Of a stretch of DNA of 64,000 nucleotides, positions 50,901-64,000 are shown in pieces (position 1 is the stretch's first letter; each line of letters opens with the position of its first letter). Under the pieces are notes generated by a model. The model saw only the letters and a program-made list of their open reading frames with translations, had not been told where the DNA came from and searched no databases. The translations under genes and the position numbers were made by a program. This DNA is from Schmidtea polychroa (Eukaryota), in contig CM097887.1 in the NCBI GenBank assembly GCA_044892525.1, positions 105,688,397 to 105,752,396 of the forward strand, given 5' to 3'.

Positions 50901-53900
50901 GGACAGTCGTTCATAAATCCTTCGCTACCCAAGACGATGTTGAAGTTGATGAAAATGTAATCAAACCGGAAATTGCTTCTCAAATTTCGGCAATCAGTGT
51001 GACTGACGATGCAAAACTCATTGAAGAATTGCAAACGAGAATCGAAGATCTTTTGAAAGAAATTCAACAACTTCGCAATGAGAAATTGGATTCAAAATTC
51101 ACTACAACAGATCAAACAAGAATTCTTGAAACTTCTACGTCTTCAGAAATGACTTCGATTGTAGTTCACGAAACAGCAACAGATGGGTCTGACGGCATTT
51201 TGAATGAGATTTTCCAGGAATTAGAGGAAAAGAATCGAGAAATTTCAATGCTTCAAGACCAGAAAAGCTCTCTGATACATGAAATTGATCAAATGAAACG
51301 AGAACTTATTAACAAAGACGCAGATGTAGAATTGAAATTGAAAGAAAAGAACAGTTTCATTATTGAATTGAAAAGGCAGAAAACGGAGTTGGAACAAAAT
51401 GTCGAATATTTGACAAAGGAAATGAGCGAATGCGTGATTTACCGAAAGGATGGAGACGCGAATGAGAAACTTGTTGAGTTGTATAAAGAACTAGAGATTA
51501 AGAACCACGATTTGATGTTGTTGAGAAATGAAAAAGTTACACTCTTAGAGGATATCGATAATATGCGCAGGGAAACGCATCAGAAATACGAAAGGTTCAC
51601 TTTGACTTTGAAAGAGAAAGAAACAATTATCAGTGAATTGCATTCAATCAAAGTATCTCTCGAATCAAACATTGATCAAATGGCTCGAAGAGTGAGAGAA
51701 ACAACAGAAATATCTGGTCTTGAGAGTGAGCTTGATGTCAAATTAGTGGAGTTATACCAAGAAATCGACACAAAGAATCTGGATATTGTCACTCTTAAAA
51801 ATGAGAAACTGGCGCTGTTGACAAATATTGAAAGATTGCAAACGGAATTGCGTGAAAGTAAAGAAAAGTACGTAGATTCATTCGAACAGATGACAAGGAC
51901 AGTCGTTCATAAATCCTTCGCTACCCAAGACGATGTTGAAGTTGATGAAAATGTAATCAAACCGGAAATTGCTTCTCAAATGACGGCAATCAGTGTGACT
52001 GACGATGCAAAACTCATTGAAGAATTGCAAACGAGAATCGAAGATCTTTTGAAAGAAATTCAACAACTTCGCAATGAGAAATTGGATTCTAAATTCACTA
52101 CAACAGATCAAACAAGAATTCTTGAAACTTCTACGTCTTCAGAAATGACTTCGATTGTAGTTCACGAAACAGCAACAGGTGGGTCTGACGGCATTTTGAA
52201 TGAGATTTTCCAGGAATTAGAGGAAAAGAATCGAGAAATTTCAATGCTTCAAGACCACAAAAGCTCTCTGATACATGAAATTGATCAAATGAAACGAGAA
52301 CTTATTAACAAAGACGCAGATGTAGAATTGAAATTGAAAGAAAAGAACAGTTTCATTATTGAATTGGAAAGGCAGAAAACGGAGTTGGAACAAAATGTCG
52401 AATATTTGACAAAGGAAATGAGCGAATGCGTGATTTACCGAAAGGATGGAGACGCGAATGAGAAACTTGTTGAGTTGTATAAAGAACTAGAGATTAAGAA
52501 CCACGATTTGATGTTGTTGAGAAATGAAAAAGTTACACTCTTAGAGGATATCGATAATATGCGTAGGGAAATGCATCAGAAATACGAAAGGTTCACTTTG
52601 ACTTTGAAAGAGAAAGAAACAATTATCAGTGAATTGCATTCAATCAAAGTATCTCTCGAATCAAACATTGATCAAATGGCTCGAAGAGTGAGAGAAACAA
52701 CAGAAATATCTGGTCTTGAGAGTGAGCTTGATGTCAAATTAGTGGAGTTATACCAAGAAATCGACACAAAGAATCTGGATATTGTCACTCTTAAAAATGA
52801 GAAACTGGCGCTGTTGACAAATATTGAAAGATTGCAAACGGAATTGCGTGAAAGTAAAGAAAAGTACGTAGATTCATTCGAACAGATGACAAGGACAGTC
52901 GTTCATAAATCCTTCGCTACCCAAGACGATGTTGAATTTGATGAAAATGTAATCAAACCGGAAATTGCTTCTCAAATGACGGCAATCAGTGTGACTGACG
53001 ATGCAAAACTCATTGAAGAATTGCAAACGAGAATCGAAGATCTTTTGAAAGAAATTCAACAACTTCGCAATGAGAAATTGGATTCTAAATTCACTACAAC
53101 AGATCAAACAAGAATTCTTGAAACTTCTACGTCTTCAGAAATGACTTCGATTGTAGTTCACGAAACAGCAACAGATGGGTCTGACGGCATTTTGAATGAG
53201 ATTTTCCAGGAATTAGAGGAAAAGAATCGAGAAATTTCAATGCTTCAAGACCACAAAAGCTCTCTGATACATGAAATTGATCAAATGAAACGAGAACTTA
53301 TTAACAAAGACGCAGATGTAGAATTGAAATTGAAAGAAAAGAACAGTTTCATTATTGAATTGGAAAGGCAGAAAACGGAGTTGGAACAAAATGTCGAATA
53401 TTTGACAAAGGAAATGAGCGAATGCGTGATTTACCGAAAGGATGGAGACGCGAATGAGAAACTTGTTGAGTTGTATAAAGAACTAGAGATTAAGAACCAC
53501 GATTTGATGTTGTTGAGAAATGAAAAAGTTACACTCTTAGAGGATATCGATAATATGCGTAGGGAAATGCATCAGAAATACGAAAGGTTCACTTTGACTT
53601 TGAAAGAGAAAGAAACAATTATCAGTGAATTGCATTCAATCAAAGTATCTCTCGAATCAAACATTGATCAAATGGCTCGAAGAGTGAGAGAAACAACAGA
53701 AATATCTGGTCTTGAGAGTGAGCTTGATGTCAAATTAGTGGAGTTATACCAAGAAATCGACACAAAGAATCTGGATATTGTCACTCTTAAAAATGAGAAA
53801 CTGGCGCTGTTGACAAATATTGAAAGATTGCAAACGGAATTGCGTGAAAGTAAAGAAAAGTACGTAGATTCATTCGAACAGATGACAAGGACAGTCGTTC

Positions 53901-56900
53901 ATAAATCCTTCGCTACCCAAGACGATGTTGAAGTTGATGAAAATGTAATCAAACCGGAAATTGCTTCTCAAATGACGGCAATCAGTGTGACTGACGATGC
54001 AAAACTCATTGAAGAATTGCAAACGAGAATCGAAGATCTTTTGAAAGAAATTCAACAACTTCGCAATGAGAAATTGGATTCTAAATTCACTACAACAGAT
54101 CAAACAAGAATTCTTGAAACTTCTACGTCTTCAGAAATGACTTCGATTGTAGTTCACGAAACAGCAACAGGTGGGTCTGACGGCATTTTGAATGAGATTT
54201 TCCAGGAATTAGAGGAAAAGAATCGAGAAATTTCAATGCTTCAAGACCACAAAAGCTCTCTGATACATGAAATTGATCAAATGAAACGAGAACTTATTAA
54301 CAAAGACGCAGATGTAGAATTGAAATTGAAAGAAAAGAACAGTTTCATTATTGAATTGGAAAGGCAGAAAACGGAGTTGGAACAAAATGTCGAATATTTG
54401 ACAAAGGAAATGAGCGAATGCGTGATTTACCGAAAGGATGGAGACGCGAATGAGAAACTTGTTGAGTTGTATAAAGAACTAGAGATTAAGAACCACGATT
54501 TGATGTTGTTGAGAAATGAAAAAGTTACACTCTTAGAGGATATCGATAATATGCGTAGGGAAATGCATCAGAAATACGAAAGGTTCACTTTGACTTTGAA
54601 AGAGAAAGAAACAATTATCAGTGAATTGCATTCAATCAAAGTATCTCTCGAATCAAACATTGATCAAATGGCTCGAAGAGTGAGAGAAACAACAGAAATA
54701 TCTGGTCTTGAGAGTGAGCTTGATGTCAAATTAGTGGAGTTATACCAAGAAATCGACACAAAGAATCTGGATATTGTCACTCTTAAAAATGAGAAACTGG
54801 CGCTGTTGACAAATATTGAAAGATTGCAAACGGAATTGCGTGAAAGTAAAGAAAAGTACGTAGATTCATTCGAACAGATGACAAGGACAGTCGTTCATAA
54901 ATCCTTCGCTACCCAAGACGATGTTGAATTTGATGAAAATGTAATCAAACCGGAAATTGCTTCTCAAATGACGGCAATCAGTGTGACTGACGATGCAAAA
55001 CTCATTGAAGAATTGCAAACGAGAATCGAAGATCTTTTGAAAGAAATTCAACAACTTCGCAATGAGAAATTGGATTCTAAATTCACTACAACAGATCAAA
55101 CAAGAATTCTTGAAACTTCTACGTCTTCAGAAATGACTTCGATTGTAGTTCACGAAACAGCAACAGATGGGTCTGACGGCATTTTGAATGAGATTTTCCA
55201 GGAATTAGAGGAAAAGAATCGAGAAATTTCAATGCTTCAAGACCAGAAAAGCTCTCTGATACATGGAATTGATCAAATGAAACGAGAACTTATTAACAAA
55301 GACGCAGATGTAGAATTGAAATTGAAAGAAAAGAACAGTTTCATTATTGAATTGGAAAGGCAGAAAACGGAGTTGGAACAAAATGTCGAATATTTGACAA
55401 AGGAAATGAGCGAATGCGTGATTTACCGAAAGGATGGAGACGCGAATGAGAAACTTGTTGAGTTGTATAAAGAACTAGAGATTAAGAACCACGATTTGAT
55501 GTTGTTGAGAAATGAAAAAGTTACACTCTTAGAGGATATCGATAATATGCGTAGGGAAATGCATCAGAAATACGAAAGGTTCACTTTGACTTTGAAAGAG
55601 AAAGAAACAATTATCAGTGAATTGCATTCAATCAAAGTATCTCTCGAATCAAACATTGATCAAATGGCTCGAAGAGTGAGAGAAACAACAGAAATATCTG
55701 GTCTTGAGAGTGAGCTTGATGTCAAATTAGTGGAGTTATACCAAGAAATCGACACAAAGAATCTGGATATTGTCACTCTTAAAAATGAGAAACTGGCGCT
55801 GTTGACAAATATTGAAAGATTGCAAACGGAATTGCGTGAAAGTAAAGAAAAGTACGTAGATTCATTCGAACAGATGACAAGGACAGTCGTTCATAAATCC
55901 TTCGCTACCCAAGACGATGTTGAATTTGATGAAAATGTAATCAAACCGGAAATTGCTTCTCAAATGACGGCAATCAGTGTGACTGACGATGCAAAACTCA
56001 TTGAAGAATTGCAAACGAGAATCGAAGATCTTTTGAAAGAAATTCAACAACTTCGCAATGAGAAATTGGATTCTAAATTCACTACAACAGATCAAACAAG
56101 AATTCTTGAAACTTCTACGTCTTCAGAAATGACTTCGATTGTAGTTCACGAAACAGCAACAGATGGGTCTGACGGCATTTTGAATGAGATTTTCCAGGAA
56201 TTAGAGGAAAAGAATCGAGAAATTTCAATGCTTCAAGACCACAAAAGCTCTCTGATACATGGAATTGATCAAATGAAACGAGAACTTATTAACAAAGACG
56301 CAGATGTAGAATTGAAATTGAAAGAAAAGAACAGTTTCATTATTGAATTGGAAAGGCAGAAAACGGAGTTGGAACAAAATGTCGAATATTTGACAAAGGA
56401 AATGAGCGAATGCGTGATTTACCGAAAGGATGGAGACGCGAATGAGAAACTTGTTGAGTTGTATAAAGAACTAGAGATTAAGAACCACGATTTGATGTTG
56501 TTGAGAAATGAAAAAGTTACACTCTTAGAGGATATCGATAATATGCGTAGGGAAATGCATCAGAAATACGAAAGGTTCACTTTGACTTTGAAAGAGAAAG
56601 AAACAATTATCAGTGAATTGCATTCAATCAAAGTATCTCTCGAATCAAACATTGATCAAATGGCTCGAAGAGTGAGAGAAACAACAGAAATATCTGGTCT
56701 TGAGAGTGAGCTTGATGTCAAATTAGTGGAGTTATACCAAGAAATCGACACAAAGAATCTGGATATTGTCACTCTTAAAAATGAGAAACTGGCGCTGTTG
56801 ACAAATATTGAAAGATTGCAAACGGAATTGCGTGAAAGTAAAGAAAAGTACGTAGATTCATTCGAACAGATGACAAGGACAGTCGTTCATAAATCCTTCG

Positions 56901-59900
56901 CTACCCAAGACGATGTTGAAGTTGATGAAAATGTAATCAAACCGGAAATTGCTTCTCAAATGACGGCAATCAGTGTGACTGACGATGCAAAACTCATTGA
57001 AGAATTGCAAACGAGAATCGAAGATCTTTTGAAAGAAATTCAACAACTTCGCAATGAGAAATTGGATTCTAAATTCACTACAACAGATCAAACAAGAATT
57101 CTTGAAACTTCTACGTCTTCAGAAATGACTTCGATTGTAGTTCACGAAACAGCAACAGATGGGTCTGACGGCATTTTGAATGAGATTTTCCAGGAATTAG
57201 AGGAAAAGAATCGAGAAATTTCAATGCTTCAAGACCACAAAAGCTCTCTGATACATGAAATTGATCAAATGAAACGAGAACTTATTAACAAAGACGCAGA
57301 TGTAGAATTGAAATTGAAAGAAAAGAACAGTTTCATTATTGAATTGGAAAGGCAGAAAACGGAGTTGGAACAAAATGTCGAATATTTGACAAAGGAAATG
57401 AGCGAATGCGTGATTTACCGAAAGGATGGAGACGCGAATGAGAAACTTGTTGAGTTGTATAAAGAACTAGAGATTAAGAACCACGATTTGATGTTGTTGA
57501 GAAATGAAAAAGTTACACTCTTAGAGGATATCGATAATATGCGTAGGGAAATGCATCAGAAATACGAAAGGTTCACTTTGACTTTGAAAGAGAAAGAAAC
57601 AATTATCAGTGAATTGCATTCAATCAAAGTATCTCTCGAATCAAACATTGATCAAATGGCTCGAAGAGTGAGAGAAACAACAGAAATATCTGGTCTTGAG
57701 AGTGAGCTTGATGTCAAATTAGTGGAGTTATACCAAGAAATCGACACAAAGAATCTGGATATTGTCACTCTTAAAAATGAGAAACTGGCGCTGTTGACAA
57801 ATATTGAAAGATTGCAAACGGAATTGCGTGAAAGTAAAGAAAAGTACGTAGATTCATTCGAACAGATGACAAGGACAGTCGTTCATAAATCCTTCGCTAC
57901 CCAAGACGATGTTGAAGTTGATGAAAATGTAATCAAACCGGAAATTGCTTCTCAAATGACGGCAATCAGTGTGACTGACGATGCAAAACTCATTGAAGAA
58001 TTGCAAACGAGAATCGAAGATCTTTTGAAAGAAATTCAACAACTTCGCAATGAGAAATTGGATTCTAAATTCACTACAACAGATCAAACAAGAATTCTTG
58101 AAACTTCTACGTCTTCAGAAATGACTTCGATTGTAGTTCAAGAAACAGCAACAGATGGGTCTGACGGCATTTTGAATGAGATTTTCCAGGAATTAGAGGA
58201 AAAGAATCGAGAAATTTCAATGCTTCAAGACCACAAAAGCTCTCTGATACATGAAATTGATCAAATGAAACGAGAACTTATTAACAAAGACGCAGATGTA
58301 GAATTGAAATTGAAAGAAAAGAACAGTTTCATTATTGAATTGGAAAGGCAGAAAACGGAGTTGGAACAAAATGTCGAATATTTGACAAAGGAAATGAGCG
58401 AATGCGTGATTTACCGAAAGGATGGAGACGCGAATGAGAAACTTGTTGAGTTGTATAAAGAACTAGAGATTAAGAACCACGATTTGATGTTGTTGAGAAA
58501 TGAAAAAGTTACACTCTTAGAGGATATCGATAATATGCGTAGGGAAATGCATCAGAAATACGAAAGGTTCACTTTGACTTTGAAAGAGAAAGAAACAATT
58601 ATCAGTGAATTGCATTCAATCAAAGTATCTCTCGAATCAAACATTGATCAAATGGCTCGAAGAGTGAGAGAAACAACAGAAATATCTGGTCTTGAGAGTG
58701 AGCTTGATGTCAAATTAGTGGAGTTATACCAAGAAATCGACACAAAGAATCTGGATATTGTCACTCTTAAAAATGAGAAACTGGCGCTGTTGACAAATAT
58801 TGAAAGATTGCAAACGGAATTGCGTGAAAGTAAAGAAAAGTACGTAGATTCATTCGAACAGATGACAAGGACAGTCGTTCATAAATCCTTCGCTACCCAA
58901 GACGATGTTGAAGTTGATGAAAATGTAATCAAACCGGAAATTGCTTCTCAAATGACGGCAATCAGTGTGACTGACGATGCAAAACTCATTGAAGAATTGC
59001 AAACGAGAATCGAAGATCTTTTGAAAGAAATTCAACAACTTCGCAATGAGAAATTGGATTCTAAATTCACTACAACAGATCAAACAAGAATTCTTGAAAC
59101 TTCTACGTCTTCAGAAATGACTTCGATTGTAGTTCACGAAACAGCAACAGATGGGTCTGACGGCATTTTGAATGAGATTTTCCAGGAATTAGAGGAAAAG
59201 AATCGAGAAATTTCAATGCTTCAAGACCACAAAAGCTCTCTGATACATGAAATTGATCAAATGAAACGAGAACTTATTAACAAAGACGCAGATGTAGAAT
59301 TGAAATTGAAAGAAAAGAACAGTTTCATTATTGAATTGGAAAGGCAGAAAACGGAGTTGGAACAAAATGTCGAATATTTGACAAAGGAAATGAGCGAATG
59401 CGTGATTTACCGAAAGGATGGAGACGCGAATGAGAAACTTGTTGAGTTGTATAAAGAACTAGAGATTAAGAACCACGATTTGATGTTGTTGAGAAATGAA
59501 AAAGTTACACTCTTAGAGGATATCGATAATATGCGTAGGGAAATGCATCAGAAATACGAAAGGTTCACTTTGACTTTGAAAGAGAAAGAAACAATTATCA
59601 GTGAATTGCATTCAATCAAAGTATCTCTCGAATCAAACATTGATCAAATGGCTCGAAGAGTGAGAGAAACAACAGAAATATCTGGTCTTGAGAGTGAGCT
59701 TGATGTCAAATTAGTGGAGTTATACCAAGAAATCGACACAAAGAATCTGGATATTGTCACTCTTAAAAATGAGAAACTGGCGCTGTTGACAAATATTGAA
59801 AGATTGCAAACGGAATTGCGTGAAAGTAAAGAAAAGTACGTAGATTCATTCGAACAGATGACAAGGACAGTCGTTCATAAATCCTTCGCTACCCAAGACG

Positions 59901-62900
59901 ATGTTGAAGTTGATGAAAATGTAATCAAACCGGAAATTGCTTCTCAAATGACGGCAATCAGTGTGACTGACGATGCAAAACTCATTGAAGAATTGCAAAC
60001 GAGAATCGAAGATCTTTTGAAAGAAATTCAACAACTTCGCAATGAGAAATTGGATTCTAAATTCACTACAACAGATCAAACAAGAATTCTTGAAACTTCT
60101 ACGTCTTCAGAAATGACTTCGATTGTAGTTCAAGAAACAGCAACAGATGGGTCTGACGGCATTTTGAATGAGATTTTCCAGGAATTAGAGGAAAAGAATC
60201 GAGAAATTTCAATGCTTCAAGACCACAAAAGCTCTCTGATACATGAAATTGATCAAATGAAACGAGAACTTATTAACAAAGACGCAGATGTAGAATTGAA
60301 ATTGAAAGAAAAGAACAGTTTCATTATTGAATTGGAAAGGCAGAAAACGGAGTTGGAACAAAATGTCGAATATTTGACAAAGGAAATGAGCGAATGCGTG
60401 ATTTACCGAAAGGATGGAGACGCGAATGAGAAACTTGTTGAGTTGTATAAAGAACTAGAGATTAAGAACCACGATTTGATGTTGTTGAGAAATGAAAAAG
60501 TTACACTCTTAGAGGATATCGATAATATGCGTAGGGAAATGCATCAGAAATACGAAAGGTTCACTTTGACTTTGAAAGAGAAAGAAACAATTATCAGTGA
60601 ATTGCATTCAATCAAAGTATCTCTCGAATCAAACATTGATCAAATGGCTCGAAGAGTGAGAGAAACAACAGAAATATCTGGTCTTGAGAGTGAGCTTGAT
60701 GTCAAATTAGTGGAGTTATACCAAGAAATCGACACAAAGAATCTGGATATTGTCACTCTTAAAAATGAGAAACTGGCGCTGTTGACAAATATTGAAAGAT
60801 TGCAAACGGAATTGCGTGAAAGTAAAGAAAAGTACGTAGATTCATTCGAACAGATGACAAGGACAGTCGTTCATAAATCCTTCGCTACCCAAGACGATGT
60901 TGAAGTTGATGAAAATGTAATCAAACCGGAAATTGCTTCTCAAATGACGGCAATCAGTGTGACTGACGATGCAAAACTCATTGAAGAATTGCAAACGAGA
61001 ATCGAAGATCTTTTGAAAGAAATTCAACAACTTCGCAATGAGAAATTGGATTCTAAATTCACTACAACAGATCAAACAAGAATTCTTGAAACTTCTACGT
61101 CTTCAGAAATGACTTCGATTGTAGTTCACGAAACAGCAACAGATGGGTCTGACGGCATTTTGAATGAGATTTTCCAGGAATTAGAGGAAAAGAATCGAGA
61201 AATTTCAATGCTTCAAGACCACAAAAGCTCTCTGATACATGAAATTGATCAAATGAAACGAGAACTTATTAACAAAGACGCAGATGTAGAATTGAAATTG
61301 AAAGAAAAGAACAGTTTCATTATTGAATTGGAAAGGCAGAAAACGGAGTTGGAACAAAATGTCGAATATTTGACAAAGGAAATGAGCGAATGCGTGATTT
61401 ACCGAAAGGATGGAGACGCGAATGAGAAACTTGTTGAGTTGTATAAAGAACTAGAGATTAAGAACCACGATTTGATGTTGTTGAGAAATGAAAAAGTTAC
61501 ACTCTTAGAGGATATCGATAATATGCGTAGGGAAATGCATCAGAAATACGAAAGGTTCACTTTGACTTTGAAAGAGAAAGAAACAATTATCAGTGAATTG
61601 CATTCAATCAAAGTATCTCTCGAATCAAACATTGATCAAATGGCTCGAAGAGTGAGAGAAACAACAGAAATATCTGGTCTTGAGAGTGAGCTTGATGTCA
61701 AATTAGTGGAGTTATACCAAGAAATCGACACAAAGAATCTGGATATTGTCACTCTTAAAAATGAGAAACTGGCGCTGTTGACAAATATTGAAAGATTGCA
61801 AACGGAATTGCGTGAAAGTAAAGAAAAGTACGTAGATTCATTCGAACCGATGACAAGGACAGTCGTTCATAAATCCTTCGCTACCCAAGACGATGTTGAA
61901 GTTGATGAAAATGTAATCAAACCGGAAATTGCTTCTCAAATGACGGCAATCAGTGTGACTGACGATGCAAAACTCATTGAAGAATTGCAAACGAGAATCG
62001 AAGATCTTTTGAAAGAAATTCAACAACTTCGCAATGAGAAATTGGATTCTAAATTCACTACAACAGATCAAACAAGAATTCTTGAAACTTCTACGTCTTC
62101 AGAAATGACTTCGATTGTAGTTCACGAAACAGCAACAGATGGGTCTGACGGCATTTTGAATGAGATTTTCCAGGAATTAGAGGAAAAGAATCGAGAAATT
62201 TCAATGCTTCAAGACCAGAAAAGCTCTCTGATACATGGAATTGATCAAATGAAACGAGAACTTATTAACAAAGACGCAGATGTAGAATTGAAATTGAAAG
62301 AAAAGAACAGTTTCATTATTGAATTGGAAAGGCAGAAAACGGAGTTGGAACAAAATGTCGAATATTTGACAAAGGAAATGAGCGAATGCGTGATTTACCG
62401 AAAGGATGGAGACGCGAATGAGAAACTTGTTGAGTTGTATAAAGAACTAGAGATTAAGAACCACGATTTGATGTTGTTGAGAAATGAAAAAGTTACACTC
62501 TTAGAGGATATCGATAATATGCGTAGGGAAATGCATCAGAAATACGAAAGGTTCACTTTGACTTTGAAAGAGAAAGAAACAATTATCAGTGAATTGCATT
62601 CAATCAAAGTATCTCTCGAATCAAACATTGATCAAATGGCTCGAAGAGTGAGAGAAACAACAGAAATATCTGGTCTTGAGAGTGAGCTTGATGTCAAATT
62701 AGTGGAGTTATACCAAGAAATCGACACAAAGAATCTGGATATTGTCACTCTTAAAAATGAGAAACTGGCGCTGTTGACAAATATTGAAAGATTGCAAACG
62801 GAATTGCGTGAAAGTAAAGAAAAGTACGTAGATTCATTCGAACAGATGACAAGGACAGTCGTTCATAAATCCTTCGCTACCCAAGACGATGTTGAAGTTG

Positions 62901-64000
62901 ATGAAAATGTAATCAAACCGGAAATTGCTTCTCAAATGACGGCAATCAGTGTGACTGACGATGCAAAACTCATTGAAGAATTGCAAACGAGAATCGAAGA
63001 TCTTTTGAAAGAAATTCAACAACTTCGCAATGAGAAATTGGATTCTAAATTCACTACAACAGATCAAACAAGAATTCTTGAAACTTCTACGTCTTCAGAA
63101 ATGACTTCGATTGTAGTTCACGAAACAGCAACAGATGGGTCTGACGGCATTTTGAATGAGATTTTCCAGGAATTAGAGGAAAAGAATCGAGAAATTTCAA
63201 TGCTTCAAGACCACAAAAGCTCTCTGATACATGAAATTGATCAAATGAAACGAGAACTTATTAACAAAGACGCAGATGTAGAATTGAAATTGAAAGAAAA
63301 GAACAGTTTCATTATTGAATTGGAAAGGCAGAAAACGGAGTTGGAACAAAATGTCGAATATTTGACAAAGGAAATGAGCGAATGCGTGATTTACCGAAAG
63401 GATGGAGACGCGAATGAGAAACTTGTTGAGTTGTATAAAGAACTAGAGATTAAGAACCACGATTTGATGTTGTTGAGAAATGAAAAAGTTACACTCTTAG
63501 AGGATATCGATAATATGCGTAGGGAAATGCATCAGAAATACGAAAGGTTCACTTTGACTTTGAAAGAGAAAGAAACAATTATCAGTGAATTGCATTCAAT
63601 CAAAGTATCTCTCGAATCAAACATTGATCAAATGGCTCGAAGAGTGAGAGAAACAACAGAAATATCTGGTCTTGAGAGTGAGCTTGATGTCAAATTAGTG
63701 GAGTTATACCAAGAAATCGACACAAAGAATCTGGATATTGTCACTCTTAAAAATGAGAAACTGGCGCTGTTGACAAATATTGAAAGATTGCAAACGGAAT
63801 TGCGTGAAAGTAAAGAAAAGTACGTAGATTCATTCGAACAGATGACAAGGACAGTCGTTCATAAATCCTTCGCTACCCAAGACGATGTTGAAGTTGATGA
63901 AAATGTAATCAAACCGGAAATTGCTTCTCAAATGACGGCAATCAGTGTGACTGACGATGCAAAACTCATTGAAGAATTGCAAACGAGAATCGAAGATCTT
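47969..64000 (+). CDS. Giant repetitive coiled-coil protein coding region, 3'-incomplete: small exon 47969-48082 plus giant exon 48125 to beyond 64000
   Basis: Exon 47969-48082 (38 codons, phase 0), 42-nt GT-AG intron, then an open frame from ATG 48125 to 64000 (15876 nt = 5292 codons, last codons ..RIEDL) with no stop or frameshift. E/K/L-rich heptads. Missing from the ORF track, presumably because it has no stop in the window. Confidence 0.88.
48584..64000 (+). repeat. Coding tandem array, 996-bp (332-aa) unit, about 15.5 copies
   Basis: Antisense ORFs recur exactly every 996 bp (48890, 49886 ... 62834). Units differ only by a few point substitutions and no indels. Confidence 0.98.

Noticed and set aside
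48890-63067. Fifteen repeated minus-strand 62-77 aa ORFs (MICCSEFRIQ...)
   Set aside because: Antisense shadows of the + strand giant frame, recurring only because of the 996-bp period.

Overview
AT-rich eukaryotic (metazoan-type) genomic DNA with GT-AG introns that are either very short (about 41-53 nt) or kb-long and filled with transposon remnants. Five N-runs (3957-4173, 6216-6368, 7223-7371, 9357-9679, 35932-36085) hide sequence. Genes reconstructed by hand: (1) a CAP/SCP (GLIPR2/GAPR-1-like) locus at 4495-10805, probably one 421-aa protein with two CAP domains; (2) a small spliced fragment at 14982-15354; (3) a Utp12/Dip2-domain, WDR43/UTP5-like 3' region at 18579-20867 with a 23-bp minisatellite in one intron; (4) a 12-exon, 1024-aa kinectin/p180 (KTN1/RRBP1-family) gene at 23257-38272; (5) a giant uninterrupted + strand reading frame from 48125 to the window end (5292 codons, no stop, absent from the ORF track), made of about 15.5 near-identical 996-bp/332-aa repeats homologous to exon 4 of the kinectin-like gene. 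Mobile DNA includes Penelope-like retroelement pieces, a palindromic element carrying a minimal type I hammerhead ribozyme, a Tigger/pogo relic, a Buster-type hAT derivative, several hAT MITEs with 8-bp TSDs, PIF/Harbinger-like and piggyBac-like elements, and a Ty3/Gypsy integrase fragment. Top leads are the giant repeat exon (possibly an alternative 3' end of the kinectin-like gene) and the hammerhead palindrome. The organism cannot be identified from sequence alone, and all gene models need RNA confirmation.
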